DNA from: Mobula birostris
Lineage: Eukaryota
Length of the DNA stretch: 64,000 nucleotides
Direction of reading: 5' to 3'
NCBI RefSeq assembly: GCF_030028105.1
Contig: NC_092400.1
Coordinates: 4,340,001-4,404,000 of the forward strand
The position numbers were made by a program, and so were the translations under genes. Of this stretch, positions 37,281 through 50,894 are shown piece by piece (position 1 is the stretch's first letter; each line of letters starts with the position of its first letter). A model generated the notes under the pieces. That model saw only the letters and a program-made list of their open reading frames with translations. It was not told the origin of the DNA and searched no databases.

Positions 37281-40200
37281 TATTTTATTCCTCTGTCTGA
37301 GTGCAGATGCTGGCTTACGGCTTATCCTCTGGGAACTCACCAGTCTGGACTGTAGGATCCTAATGGGTTATCTGTTAGATTGTGCTTCAGGGCAAAAATC
37401 AGATGAAAGCAGTGAAGTTCTCTGTAAAATACAGAGATCTAGGTGACATTGCACGTGAATCGCAAACAGTTATCAGGCAGATCTTGTTGAGGGTTCAGTC
37501 GTTTAGGAAATACGAACTAAGAGGACAGATTGTTCAAATTTCAAAACCATAATGAAAGTTAACCTGTGTTTCTTTTAATCTGCAAACTCAGTAGTGCACG
37601 CTACTTTTAGATTTCCTCAGTAACAGAACTTGGGCAGTTACAGAATCCAAATAAACAAACTCATTTGTATCCTTGCCTCGTCAAAAGCAGAATGTGTTGT
37701 AACAATGGACTACAGAGAACGTTGGGATGTTACAACCTCTGTGAGAAGTCACCTAAGCTACTGAAAAGCATAAGGAAATTAATAGTTAGGGGGTAGAGAT
37801 ACTTTGAATTTCATTAGTTCACTGTATAGTGGGATCTAGATACGTACATCTGGTGTTGATATTCAGAGTAGTAAGCATAGTGCTGCCTTCTGTTTTTCTG
37901 AAGTTCGCAATTTCCAAGCTGATAAGCATGTTAGAGATGGACATTCTCAGAATTCTCAAACTAGTGGGGTTTCCTACACTGAAGTTTCATAGAGTTGAAG
38001 CCTAATTACTAGAAAACAGTGCTCTAATATTCAAAAACATTCATATAAAATCAAAATGTTGAAAATATTCAGCGGGCCTATGAGGAGAGAAACAATGTTT
38101 CTGTTCAGTGAATTTTCATCAGAGCTGGGTAAACAAGGGAATGGTTTTAGTAGGTCTCCTGTGGAACGGGAGAGATATCTGAGGTTAGAAGGAAGGGATG
38201 GAAATGAGCCATGATCAACCAACCATTACTCAATAGTCATCTGACCACGTCACGGTGAAAGATAATTTAAAAGGTGTGCCAAGTCGACTGAATAGAACCT
38301 TTCATTACAGACATTGGCCTTGGAACAGATACAGTGTAAATTCACCAACATTATTTCTGGGCTTAAAGGTTTAAATTACAGAACGGTCATAAATGTGATT
38401 TGTAATCTGGATTGTAGAAGACTGAAGTGCGTCACAGTACAGGGACTTAAAACAATGAGAGGGCTTGCTTGTTAAGACAGTGAAATGATTTCTCTGGAGC
38501 AGAGTTAAAATTAGAACAAACCTTTTCACACAAATGGTATTGTAAATCTCGAACTTGTTCGCTGTACAAACCCAGGATGCTGTTTAGTTTCTGGATGTTT
38601 TTCCTTGGCTCCTAGTGAATCCTTTCATTACTTTTGCCTCACCCATTGTCACGCAGTGATAAGCACCATGATTTCCCATCATGGTCTGATGTGAATATTG
38701 ACCAGTACATGGGAGGATACTCATTAAACAGCTGAGTAGAGCATTTGGAATGGTACTGAGAACCGTGACGCAATGCACCAGGAGTGCTTGGATGCCTGGC
38801 ATAATCACGCTGAACGAACATGCTACCTCAGAAACTGCCCACCTGCTTCTACTGTCAGCTCCCTTTCCCTGATGCTTCTATTGCTTTAGCCTAACCCTAA
38901 ATTTCTCTTTCTCAGTTTTTTTTTCATCCTTGCTCTTTCCCAACCATCATTAACTACCCCCCAATCTCATTTAGTCTCCCATACTATCTCTTTTCCAATG
39001 TCTTCTGGGATTTGCTTCCTGTTCTTATTTTCTCTTGCTTTTGCCTTTTTTCCCCTCTCTTCCCCCCCACCCCATGTCCTATTTTGCTTTCCGTGACTCG
39101 ATTGCTCTCTCCTACATGCATGTCTCTACGTCTCTTTACTGTATCAGTTTGCTGTGCTCACTGCGTCCCCCTCAATTTATCCACCTCTTGTTCCTCTCAC
39201 TGTGCATGAGAGACAGAGCCAACCCTACATATTCTTGCAGACTTTGCAATGAAGAAACCAGATCTGTCAAGCAGACTGGGAAAACGCCAGCTCCAAATCC
39301 CTCCTAGGAAAACACATAATCCTGATTTCACCTACCTTTCACGTCAACGAGTCTAAATCACAGAATTCCCTACCTGACCGCACTGTTGCATTTTTGTTAG
39401 AAGACTACAGCAATTGCTCAGAAAGGATCAACATCTCCTCCTCAACTGCATCTGGGGTCTTGGGGGGAGAAAACTGGCCTTGAGTCACCCCGTACATAAC
39501 AAATACACAAGAACCTATGCACTGTTGTTGCAAAGGATTAGTACCGTAGTTTATTGATTTACAAATGTTGGAATCATGAACATACAAAATCCTTTGGGTT
39601 TTGATTTACAAAACTATTCTTTGTGGTAACAAATGGAAGGTTACTCTTTGCACGTGGGAATGAATGCGCTGCATCAAAATGTATCACACCCAGCTTTTAG
39701 AATTCATGAAATTTTCTTTAACAAAACATTTTTCCAGGAATGGATTCCTCTCATAAATTGATATAAGGCAAACGAGAATTAAACACAATTTGGAAATTGG
39801 AACTGAATTCAGTTTAGTAAATTATTTATTTGAAATAGCTTGTACGTGCCTCCATCATCGCACTCAATACACTCAACTGTATACGGCACCTGGTTAGGAG
39901 GAACAAAGACAACAGTCCCAGTGAATTTGACAGGAATGACTACAACAAAAACATTCAAGTAAGTGTAAGTGTGGCTTAGCTGATGTCATGAAAAATACAT
40001 TAATCAACTGTTTATCTAGGGATCTTGTTTCAGATCAGTAGGTTCATGGTGTCCATTCTGAAAGGATTCTTGGCTACATCAGTATGTTTATTCATTATAC
40101 TGAGAACACGTAATATATATTAAGGTATTTGGGCAATTGATTAGAATCTGTCAAATTATTGATTGGAAATCAAATTTGTGGAATTATTAATTCAGACATG

Positions 40201-40625
40201 GTTTATTGATTAGGATTTTTAAGAGACTACTAGACAGGTATATGGAGGAATTTGAGGTGGGGTGTTATATGGGAGGCAGGGTTTAAGGGTTGGCACAACA
40301 TTGTGGGCTGAAGGGCGTGTGCTGTGCTGTAGTATTCTATGTTCTATTTGTGGGGTAATTGATCTAGGTCTATTTATCAACGCCTGCTGATTTTCAGTTA
40401 CAGTCTGTGATGATAGCTGTTTAGTTTACTGAGGGTGAAGAACAATGATTCACATCTATTGGTAATGGATTAGGGGTCCCTGGATCTATGGAGTTAGTAA
40501 TTTGACATGGTATATTGACTAGGTCTTCTGGTTATTGTATAGGGTCTGTGGGGTTACTTATGCAGTTTGCTAGTTATAGATTGGTAGGGTTATTGAGATT
40601 AGGTTTTTTGAGATTATTGTCTCAG

Positions 40626-40738
40626 TCTGCTGGTTTTCGCTGAGGGTGTGTGGGGTTATTGATCCATTCTGCTGGTTTTCGCTGAGGGTGTGTGGGGTTA
40701 TTGATCCATTCTGCTGGTTTTCGCCGAGGGTGTGTGGA
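40626..40738. repeat. 42-bp tandem repeat (~2.7 copies) upstream of GATC
   Basis: Unit TCTGCTGGTTTTCGCTGAGGGTGTGTGGGGTTATTGATCCAT at 40626, 40668 and partially at 40710. Confidence 0.85.
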
Positions 40739-40890
40739 GTTACCAATTCAGCCTGCCGTTCACTGAGTCACTCCCCGCGGTGTTTGCAGTCTCCGGCCGG
40801 GTTTCGGGCCTCAGAGCTGTTCCCTCCCCATGGGGCGGGGCCTCGAGCCAGGGCCGAGCCTTCCCTTCCCTTCCCTTGATCGCTGCCGGG

Positions 40891-41052
40891 ATGTGGGGCC
40901 TCGGTCGGTGGGTGCTGCTACCGGCATGGCTTCGGCCTGCCCGGGCGGCGATTCCTTGGGCTGCAGGCCCGGTGCGGGCTGCTGGAGGAACGGGACCGGT
41001 CGGCACCGAGGAGGCGGCTGCGGCGTCCGTGCTTCAACAGAGGCGGAGCAAG
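40891..41052 (+). CDS. GATC: Glutamyl-tRNA(Gln) amidotransferase subunit C, mitochondrial, exon 1
   Basis: CpG island; Arg/Ala-rich presequence MWGLGRWVLLPAWLRPARAA...QQRRSK; donor AAG|GTAGGG, phase 0. Confidence 0.75.
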
Positions 41053-41121
41053 GTAGGGCGGGCCGGCCGGAGGATGGGGCCTCGTCCCGGGAGGGAGGAA
41101 CCTGCCGCCTCCGTTCTCCCG

Positions 41122-42215
41122 CATCTCTCTCCTTCTCCACCCTCCATCATCTCTCCTCATCCCCTCCCCTCTCCTCATCCCCCCATCATCTCTCCTCATC
41201 CCCTCATCATCTCTCCTCATCCCCTCCCCCCTCCTCATCCCCTCCCCTCTCCTCATCCCCCCTCTCTCCTCATCCCCTCCCCTCTCCTCATCCCCTCCCC
41301 TCTCCTCATCCCCTCCCCTCTCCTCATCCCCTCCCCTCTCCTCATCCCCTCCCCTCTCCTCATCCCCTCCCCCCTCCTCATCCCCTCCCCCCTCCTCATC
41401 CCCCTCTCTCCTCATCCCCTCCCCTCTCCTCATCCCCTCCCCTCTCCTCATCCCCTCCCCTCTCCTCATCCCCTCCCCTCTCCTCATCCCCTCCCCTCTC
41501 CTCATCCCTTCCCCTCTCCTCATCCCCTCCCCTCTCCTCATCCCCCCATCATCTCTCCTCATCCCCTCCCCTCTCCTCATCCCCCCTCTCTCCTCATCCC
41601 CCTCTCTCCTCATCCCCCTCTCTCCTCATTCCCCCTCTCCTCTCATCCCCCCTCTCCTCATCCCCCCTCTCCTCATCCCCTCCATCATCTCTCCTCATCC
41701 CCTCCATCATCTCTCCTCATCCCCCCTCTCCTCATCCCCTCCATCATCTCTCCTCATCCCTCTCCTCATCCCCCCTCCTCATCCCCCCCTCTCCTCATCC
41801 CCTCCATCATCTCTCCTCATCCCCCTCCTCATCCCCCTCCTCATCCCCCTCCTCATCCCCCTCCTCATCCCCCTCTCTCCTCATCCCCCCCTCCTCATCC
41901 CCCCCTCCTCATCCCCCCCTCCTCATCCCCTCCCCTCTCCTCATCCCCCTCTCTCTCCTCATCCCCTCTCTCTCCTCATCCCCCCTCTCTCCTCATCCCC
42001 TCCATCATCTCTCCTCATCCCCCCTCTCTCCTCATCCCCTCCATCATCTCTCCTCATCCTCCCCTCTCTCCTCATCCCCCCTCTCTCCTCATCCCCCCCT
42101 CTCCTCATCCCCCCCTCTCCTCATCCCCTCCCCTCTCCTCATCCCCTCCCCTCTCCTCATCCCCTCCCCTCTCCTCATCCCCTCCCCTCTCCTCATCCCC
42201 TCCCCTCTCTCCTCC
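41122..42215. repeat. ~1.1-kb G-free, C-rich low-complexity tandem repeat (CCCCTCTCCTCAT variants)
   Basis: No G seen on the + strand across the interval; short variant units. Confidence 0.95.
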
Positions 42216-43219
42216 GTGACCTGTCGGCCGACCATCGGTAGAAATTGCTGCTTTTGGCTTCACCCCCTTCAAGGCAGTCCCTGAAAACCGAGAAGGACTT
42301 TTATTTCCACCCCGATGGGAATCTTGGAGGGGAGATGGAGCATTGTAGCAAGGGAGATTGAAAGATGCAATGGGACAATGAGACACATTTCTGCAGTCAG
42401 CCTGATTTGAAGATGTTGATGCCTCACATTCTTCCTGACTGATGAAATTTGCGTGTTAATAAGCTGCTATCACAGTGCATTTGAAGAGATGGATTCTACA
42501 CCGTGGGGAACAGTTGTTCAGCCATTGGGAGAGTCACAGCAATGACTTTCCAGTCACAGCCTCTGTAATCACCATAATCAGACTTTCTTGAAGATGGTCA
42601 CGATTATGGTGTCTCTGAGATTCCTCTGTCATGTCCTCCTCTTCCCAGTTTTTCACTTGTATAGGGCATTTTAAAATTCTTGCCACATATGGGGGCAAGG
42701 CTGGAACAGATAATTACTGTGGGACGGTGTCGAGGTTGGAGCTACATTTGAGTTTACCATATGCGGTAGGATGTTTCTGTTCTCCAGGATTACTGAAGTA
42801 TTGTAGAACACACCTTCCCTGTAGGTGTACCCATAACAGATCCTTCTGTACGACCGCTAATAGAACATTACACTTCCACCCACCTCCAGACTTGGTGTTT
42901 GTATTGTCACTTACAATTTTTGTGCACCTGCCATTTTCCACTGTGTTACACTTCATCCCGTCCACAAAATACCAGCCAATTAGCAGGACTGAAAATATTC
43001 TCTAGGCCAATTTCCCTTACTTCATTAGGACTTCATTCCCTGCTTGTTGCTGGATCCAGATAACCACTTGAATTTCTGATGCACATCGGACTTCTGGGTC
43101 ATCAAGGGAATGGCGGCGTAAGGAAAAGGTCTCTCGACAAAAAAGAAGGTAAACTGCCCCATAATCGAATTTAGACAAATACTTAATATTGCATAACTAT
43201 ATTAATAAAAGGGGCAAGG

Positions 43220-44206
43220 ATGATGTCTAAGAACAAGATTAAAAAGTCCACTCCGAAGGCTGATAAACATAAAGAGATGCAGCAAGGCGACGGGCCTAAC
43301 TCCCCCACGGCAAGCCAGGACGGAGATAATGAGGGGGAATCGGTGACTCTGTCCTAGATTCTCGGAGAGATTCGTGAGTTCTGACAAGATAACAGCAAAC
43401 AGCTGGAAGATATTAAAGGAGAAATAGTAAAAACTAACTCGCGGATAGATGAAGCCGAAGCGAGGATTGTTGGAATTGAAGAGAAGCTACAAAACGCAGA
43501 GGAGGTGATAGCAGAAATGCTGAAGCTGCAAGACCAGCTCCAGTGGAAACTAATAGATCAAGAAGGCTGCTCGAGAAGGGAAAATGTGAGGATTTACGGA
43601 GTTCCCGAAGGAACTGAAGGTAAACCCGGATTGATGATTCCCTTCGTGGAGAAGCTACTTAGAGAGAACCTTGATATACCGGCCGCAAAACACCTACAGA
43701 TAGAAAGAGCTCACCACGCGTTGGCACCAGAGCCTCCAGCAGGCGCCCAGCCCAGATCGATTCTGGTCAGATTTCTCAGTTACAGAACGAAGGAAGAGGT
43801 GCTTAAAAGGGCATGGCAAAAGAACGGTTTCATGTGGAACAACTGTAAAATCAGTTTAGACCACGACTACGCACTGGGGATTCTTGCCAGACGGAAGGAA
43901 TATACGGAAACACGGAGAGTCCTGAAGGAAAACAACATCAAATTCCAGACCCTGTATCCAGCTCGGCTGAGAGTCTTTTACAACGAAGGGACAAAAACTT
44001 ACGCTACGGTGGAGGAGGCAACGTTGGACCTGGCGGACCGGGGACTACCTATTAAAGTTATCACCCAACCGGAGTCGCTACTGGAGAGGATTCGGCAGAA
44101 GTCGTGGCAGTTAGTGGGGCGAGGACGCTCCACACGAACCGGAGTGTCAAACTACAAGGAAAAGCTGCAAATATTCAGACGCGAATGTACAGAGAACACA
44201 GATTAA
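43220..44206 (+). pseudogene. L1 ORF1p (coiled coil + RRM + CTD) with two nonsense codons
   Basis: ATG at 43220 is in frame with SRRENVRIYGVPEG, IERAH and LYPARLRV; stops at 43355 (TAG) and 43382 (TGA). Confidence 0.9.
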
Positions 44207-44567
44207 TTAAGAGAAATGACTGAAAAGAGTAAATCGGACTTAAAGGTAAAATGAAAACTGGTAACTGAAAATAAACTAGACGGAATAACTTGAATGATAG
44301 CAATATGGTCGAGACATAAATAGGAGAAAATTCTCTATGATTATTCAAACTGCTGAGGGCCCTCTAACACAGGGTGAAGATAGAGGTTATCCCTCTGAAC
44401 TGAGGCGGGTCCGTGCTCAGGCCTCACTGTGGGAAGTTGGGAAAAATTTTCAAATGTTGCACGTTCAAAGATGTCTAGGGTGTGGTTATATGTCTTGGTT
44501 TACTGTTGAGAAGGGATTGCTTACTGTTTGGTTAGAAAAGGAGAGTTTTTTTTTCTACTAGAGAAAA

Positions 44568-47500
44568 ATGCAAACTGAATTGGTAAAAATAATTTCCTAT
44601 AATGCTAATGGGGTTTTGAATCCAATTAAAAGAAATAAGATTATGTCTAAATTGAAAAAAGAGAGGGCACAAATAGCTTTCCTCCAGGAAACACATATGA
44701 GCCAATCTGAACATGGAAAATTAAAAAGAACGGGCTTTAAGCATGTATTTTATTCATCATATAAATTGAGTCACAAAAGAGGGGTAGCTACTTTAATATC
44801 AAGTACTCTTAATTATGAACATATTTCAGAGACTAAAGACAAAGAAGGACGGTTCGTAAAAATCACAGGAAGAATAGAAGGTACAGAAATAACATTGCTG
44901 AATGTTTATGCTCCTCCAGGTTGTGAATGGCCATTTTATAGACACATTTTTGACCTAATGGTCAGTTCTCAAGGGGTAGTAATTTGTGCAGGGGATTTTA
45001 ATATTAGTTTAAATCCTATATTAGATTCTTCAAGAATAGTTACTCAGAATAAACCTCTGACTCGGAAAGTGAATTCATTGATGGAGGAGTTGGGAATTAT
45101 AGATGTCTGGAGGGAATTACACCCTACTAGTAAAGATTATACATATTACTCTTTCCCTCATTCAGCCTATTCAAGGATAGACTATTTCTTTATCTTTAAT
45201 ACAGATAGACTCAGGATAAAAAACTGTGATATTGCAACAATTGATCTGTCGGATTATTGCCCAGTCTCTATGTCTCTAATCCTGGAAAGGAAAATGAGGA
45301 AAACACTATGGAGGCTAAACTCACATGTACTCAATAACCCGAAAGTAATGGAGAGATTAAGGGGAGAAATCAAAGAATATCTAGACCTTAATGACACGGG
45401 AGAAACATCACCAGTGATCTTATGGGATACATTGAAAGCTGTACAGAGAGGGAAAATTATTTCCATTACCACACAGATGAAAAAAATCAATGCACAAAAA
45501 TTAGCAGACCTTCAAGGAAAATTAAAACAACTTCAAGTTGTAGATTAGCACCAAAAGTAATTCAAATCGAAAACAGGAAATTAGGAAATTGCAAAGTGAA
45601 ATTGACGATATTTATACGTTGGAAACTCAAAGAAATTTTCTTTACCTGAGACAAAAGAATTATGAAGTAGGAGGTAAATCAGCTAGATTATTAGCATATA
45701 AATTACGAAAACAACAAGCAGACAATACAATTCATAAAATAAAGAATCCAAAGACAAAGCTTGTGGAGAGTACAATAGGGAAAATTCAAGAGAGTTTTGA
45801 AACATATTATCGAGAGCTGTACTCCCAACCCCGGGCCCCCAATGAGCCCTATATAGACAGTGTATTGAATTTTTTAGATCTACCTAAACTTACAGATTTA
45901 CAAAATGAAAGTTTATTAGAACCAGTAACTGTCAAAGAACTGAACGTGGCCATCTCTAGGTTAAAGGCTGGAAAGTCCCCGAGTTCTGATGGGTTTACCT
46001 CAGAGTGGTACAAGTCCCCGAAGACACAGTTAGCCCCATTACTACTTAACACCTTTAATTGGATCTTGCAGAGAGGAGAAACTCCACCTTCCTGGAGAGA
46101 AGCGATTATTTCAGTTATTCCTAAAGAGGGTAAAGATAAACTAGAATGTGGCAATTATCGGCCAATTAGTGTTCTTAACTTAGATTACAAACTATTTACA
46201 TCTATATTAGCGCGCAGATTGGAAAAGCTTTTACCTGGCCTAATCCATTTAGACCAGACTGGATTTATTCAACAAAGACAAACACAGGACAACATAAGGA
46301 GAACTCTGCACATATTAGAACAGGTTAATAAGAACGAGACAGAGACAATGGTAGTAGGATTAGATGCTGAGAAAGCTTTTGATTCGGTTAGTTGGGCATT
46401 CCTATACAGAGTGTTAGGAAGATTCGGCTTTCAAGAAAAGTTTATTAAAGTAATTCAGACTCTCTATGACAGCCCTACAGCCCGAATTAAGATAAATGGG
46501 GACCTCTCTGACTCCTTCATCTTAGAGAGAGGCACTAGACAGGGATGCCCAATTTCTCCTCTCCTTTTTGCGCTATATATTGAACCGCTTGCCCAACTAA
46601 TAAGACAGAGCGAAATCGTAAAAGGTATCAAGGTGGCAGGGATTGAACAGAAAGTGGCGCTATTCACAGATGATGTTTTGGTCTATCTGAGTGAACCAGA
46701 AAAATCATTTATAGGATTGTTTACACTGTTGGATGACTTTGGGAAAATATCAGGTTATAAAATAAATGTAAAGAAAACGCAGGTTATGTCCCTAAATTAT
46801 ACACCATCCAAAAAATTGCAGGATACATATGATCTTAAGTGGGAAGCTAAATCATTAAAATATTTAGGAATAACCCTGCCGAAGGATCTTTCAACACTGT
46901 CACAGGTAAATTATGGGCCATTAATCTCAGAGATAAAAGCAGATATGCATAGATGGAATCTTATCCCCTTTTTAAGTTTAAATTCAAGGATAAATACTAT
47001 AGAAATGAATATTCTTCCTCGGTTATTGTATCTTTTCCGTACTTTACCGGTGGAGGTAGATGATAATCAATTCAGGGAATGGGACAAATGGATTTCCCGC
47101 TTCATTTGGCAAGGAAAGAAACCTAGAATTCGATATAACACCTTGCAGTTAGGGAAGGAAGGAGGAGGTATGGTTCTTCCTTGCCTGAGAAATTATTTTT
47201 ATGCCTCACAGATAACCCCTCTGTTATATTGGTGTAATAGGGAATACAAGGCTAGATGGAAGGAAATAGAATTTGGATTAGTTGACAGTTTTCCTCTTCA
47301 GGCCTCAATAGCTGATAAAGGATTGATGGCCCAGTTGGAAAAATTTAAAAACGCTTGGATAAATCTTACATTAAAAGTATGGCGGAAGGTGGTTAATTCA
47401 TGTGGAATTAATAGCATGTTAAAACTCTTTAGATGGTGTGCATATGATACCGAATTCCTTCCCAACACAGGAGATAAAAGATTTGAGCTATGGATAAAGA

Positions 47501-48347
47501 AAGGTCTTGCAACCTACCTCTCATTTATAGATAAAAGAGTATTACAAAGTTTCCAAATCCTGCAGGACAAACATGGCCTAGAACATAATGACTTTTTTAG
47601 GTACCTTCAAGTACGAAACTATGTTAACCAGAGTTGTAGATATACAGACCTATCAACAGTAGAATTAGAATTTTTCAAGATTCTGAATTCGGCTTGCAGT
47701 TCAATACCTAGTAAATCAGTTTCTCGATTATATAATGCACTCTCCCATGCTAAAAATGTAAATACACTGTATATTAAAGAGAAGTGGGAGAAAGAAGCAG
47801 GGTTGGTACTTTCAGAGGAGGCTTGAGAGAAAATCTGCAGCTTTCAATGGTCCTCGACTAATGCTTTGACTTGGAGAGAACATTGTTGGAAAAACATTAT
47901 AAGATACTTCAAGACCCCAAATCAGGAAAAATATAAAGATACAAATGTGATGTGTTGGAGAAGGTGTGGCTCCAAGGAGGCAAATCACTTTCATATTTTT
48001 TGGGATTGCCCTAAATTAAGTCTATTTTGGGAAGGTATTCATAGAACATTAGTTAAGGTACTTAGGTCCCAGATACCTCTGAACTTTATTTGGGGCATGT
48101 ATTGTTTCTTGAACAGAAGGAAGATATAAAGTTGCTGCAGGCCCTCTTAGCGGCAAGTAAGAAATCAATCACTAGAAAATGACTAAATCCAATACCACCT
48201 ACATTAGAAGATTGGTACGAAATTATCTTGGAAATATTTAAAATGGAAAAGTTGACTTACTCCCTGAGAACTCAAAAAGAAAAATTTTATCAAATCTGGA
48301 ATAAATGGATTGAATATATAACCCCAATGCGAGCAGACTTTAGATGA
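44568..48347 (+). pseudogene. L1 ORF2p (APE, RT, CCHC knuckle), disrupted
   Basis: SYNANG/FLQETH/AGDFN/SRIDY; NYRPISVLN, RGTRQGCPISP, LFTDD; CWRRCGSKEANHFHIFWDC. Frameshifts near 45545 and 48085; stop at 47824. Confidence 0.93.
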
Positions 48348-49894
48348 CTCTCCTAATGATTTATACTGCTCTTCTCATCAACACAGTAATATTGCTTACG
48401 TAAGCACCCCTAGTCTAAATGTTTGTTTTTTTTGTTTTCTTTTGGAAAATAGAGAACTAACACAAGTAAAGGGAAAGATTTGGGAAAGGGATAAAAAAAT
48501 GAAAAAATTAAGTAAATAAGTACATAGGGATTGGATAATTATGTCTGCGGGCAGGAGCAAGCATGAACAAATTAGGATATAAACACCTACAATGGTTGAT
48601 ACATAGGCTTATATACAACATTTTGGACCAGTGGAAATGGTCCAGAAGGGTTATATGGAAACTATTATTACCATTTTTCTTAATAACTAATTCCGTTACT
48701 TAGCCTAATAGGTTAGATTTACCACAGTACATAATTATCTATTTAAATGTTTATTTTCCTTTTATATCATCGCAATGTGTACTTAAGGATGTATAAATAA
48801 TTGTAGTTTTATACATATAAAAAAATGGAAAAGGTTATATGTGTGAAAAAAGTACATGATATTTGTGAATTCCTTATCCAAATAAAAATAAAATAAAAAA
48901 AAAGAATTTCTGATGCACAGAAAGTCCGTGGGCTGGCTGGTGGTAACTGGGGTTTGTTTAAGTAATTGCAACCTCAGGAAGACCAAGCAATTGATGGTGG
49001 ACTCCTGAAAGGGGAAGTTGAGAGAACTCACACCAGTCCTCTTTGAAGTGTCGGCAATGGAAAGCTTCAAGTTCCTTGGTGTCAACATCTTAGGGGAGCT
49101 GTCCTGGACCTAATGCATTGTTAAAATCATGAAGAAGGCATGCCGGTATCTATATTATATTAGGAGTTTGAGGCGATTTTGTAAAAAAGACTCTAGCAAG
49201 TTTCTGTATATGTACAGTTGAGAGTATTCTGACTGATGCATTTCAGCCTGGTATGGAGACTCGATGCACAGGATCAAAAGAGGCTGCAGATTGTAAACTC
49301 AGCCAGTTTCATCACTAAGAACATCTTTAAAAGGTGGTGTTTCAAGGAAGGCATCTGTCATGGGGGCCTTCACCACCCTGGGCATGCCCTCTTCTCATTA
49401 CCCCCAGAGGGCAGAGATACAGGAACCGGAGACCCCAAGCTCGGCGTTTTAGGAACAGCTTCTTTCCCTCCACCTTCAGATTTCTGAACGGTCCATGAAC
49501 CCCAGAACACAACCTTGCTATTCCTCTTTCGCATAACTTGTTAATAATTGTAACTGAAAGTACCGTCATTTTATTTGCCTTGCTCTGTGCTGCTGGCACA
49601 AAACAACAAATTTCACAACATTTGTCAGTGGTGATAAACCTTATTCGGCTTTGTGGCGAGCCAAGGGACCTCCTTCCACTCTGTAAGTCTGTGGTTCAAA
49701 CTGTGGCGTAGTTCTCCCATTGCACAAAGGCACAAGCTCCTTTGTCCTTCCATTAACAAGTAGCGAGGACTGGTTTAGTCAACTGTTTCGGCAGTTGTGT
49801 TCTCAATACTGACGAGGTATGCTGCTGGAACTGCTGAGTTCCTTCAGCGTTTTGTGTGTGTTACTCTGGATTGCCATCGTCTGCAGAATCTTTA

Positions 49895-50575
49895 TACTTC
49901 ATTGTCGCCAAACAATTGATACTAGAGCGTACAATCATCACAGCGATATTTGATTCTGCTCTTCGTGCTCCCTGGAGTACAAATCGATAGTAAATATTAC
50001 AATTTTAAATTATAAATCATAAATAGAAAATAGAAAAGGGAAAGTAAGGTAGTGCAAAAAAAAAACCGAGAGGCAGGTCCGGATATTTGGAGGGTACGGC
50101 CCAGATCTGGGTCAGGATCCATTCAGCAGTCTTATCACAGTTGGAAAGAAGCTGTTCCCAAATCTGGCCATACGAGTCTTCAAGCTCCTGAGCCTTCTCC
50201 CGGAGGGAAGAGGGACGAAAAGTGTGTTGGCTGGGTGGGTCGTGTCCTTGATTATCCTGGCAGCACTGCTCCGACAGCGTGTGGTGTAAAGTGAGTCCAA
50301 GGACGGAAGTTTGGTTTGTGTGATGTGCTGCGCCGTGTTCACGATCTTCTGCAGCTTCTTCTGGTCTTGGACAGGACAACTTCCATACCAGGTTGTGTCG
50401 CACCCTAGAAGAATGCTTTCTAAAGTGCATCTATAAAAATTAGTGAGGGTTTTAGGGGGCAGGCCAAATTTCTTTAGTTTTCTCAGGAAGTAAAGGCACT
50501 GATGGGCCTTCTTGGCAGTGGACTGTTCTTGGTTGGACCAAGTCAGGTCATTTGTGATATTGACCCTGAGGAGCT
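49895..50575 (-). mobile_element. Rex-Babar LINE 3' fragment
   Basis: IIKDTTHPANTLFVPLPSGRRLRSLKTRMARFGNSFFPTVIRLLN. Confidence 0.8.
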
Positions 50576-50843
50576 GAATCTCTTGTGTTTATCATGTTCT
50601 TAATATTTTTTTTAAATATTTGCACAGTTTGTGTCTTTTGCATTTTGGGTATTTGCCAGTCATGGTTTGTATTTTTAAAAATTCTCTTGTATTTCTTAAT
50701 TGTTCCTGTAAATGCCTGCAAGAAAATGAATTTCCAGGTTGTATATGGTGACATATATGTACTTTGATAATAAATTTACTTTGAACAGCATGGGCACTTG
50801 CAGTTGGTATTCTGTTATTTATTATTATTCTCAATCTTCGTAG

Positions 50844-50894
50844 GTGCCCAGGAGTCCAACCTGGAAGCCCAGTGAGTTCAGCCAGCCTCCGGAG
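50844..50894 (+). CDS. GATC: GATC exon 2 (51 nt, phase 0/0)
   Basis: Acceptor tcttcgtAG; VPRSPTWKPSEFSQPPE; donor GAG|GTAAGC; keeps the frame between exons 1 and 3. Confidence 0.75.

Larger units (their letters stand above)
43086..48903 (+). mobile_element. Full-length L1-clade (L1/Tx1) LINE, inactivated, in GATC intron 1
   Basis: 16-bp TSD GAATTTCTGATGCACA (43070-43085 and 48904-48919); 5'UTR, ORF1, ORF2, 3'UTR and (TAAAA)n/A tail. Confidence 0.95.

Noticed and set aside
40732-42284. 495-aa and 484-aa Pro/Ser-rich ORFs
   Set aside because: Artefacts of the G-free repeat, which lacks stop codons; the real coding part ends at the donor after 41052.
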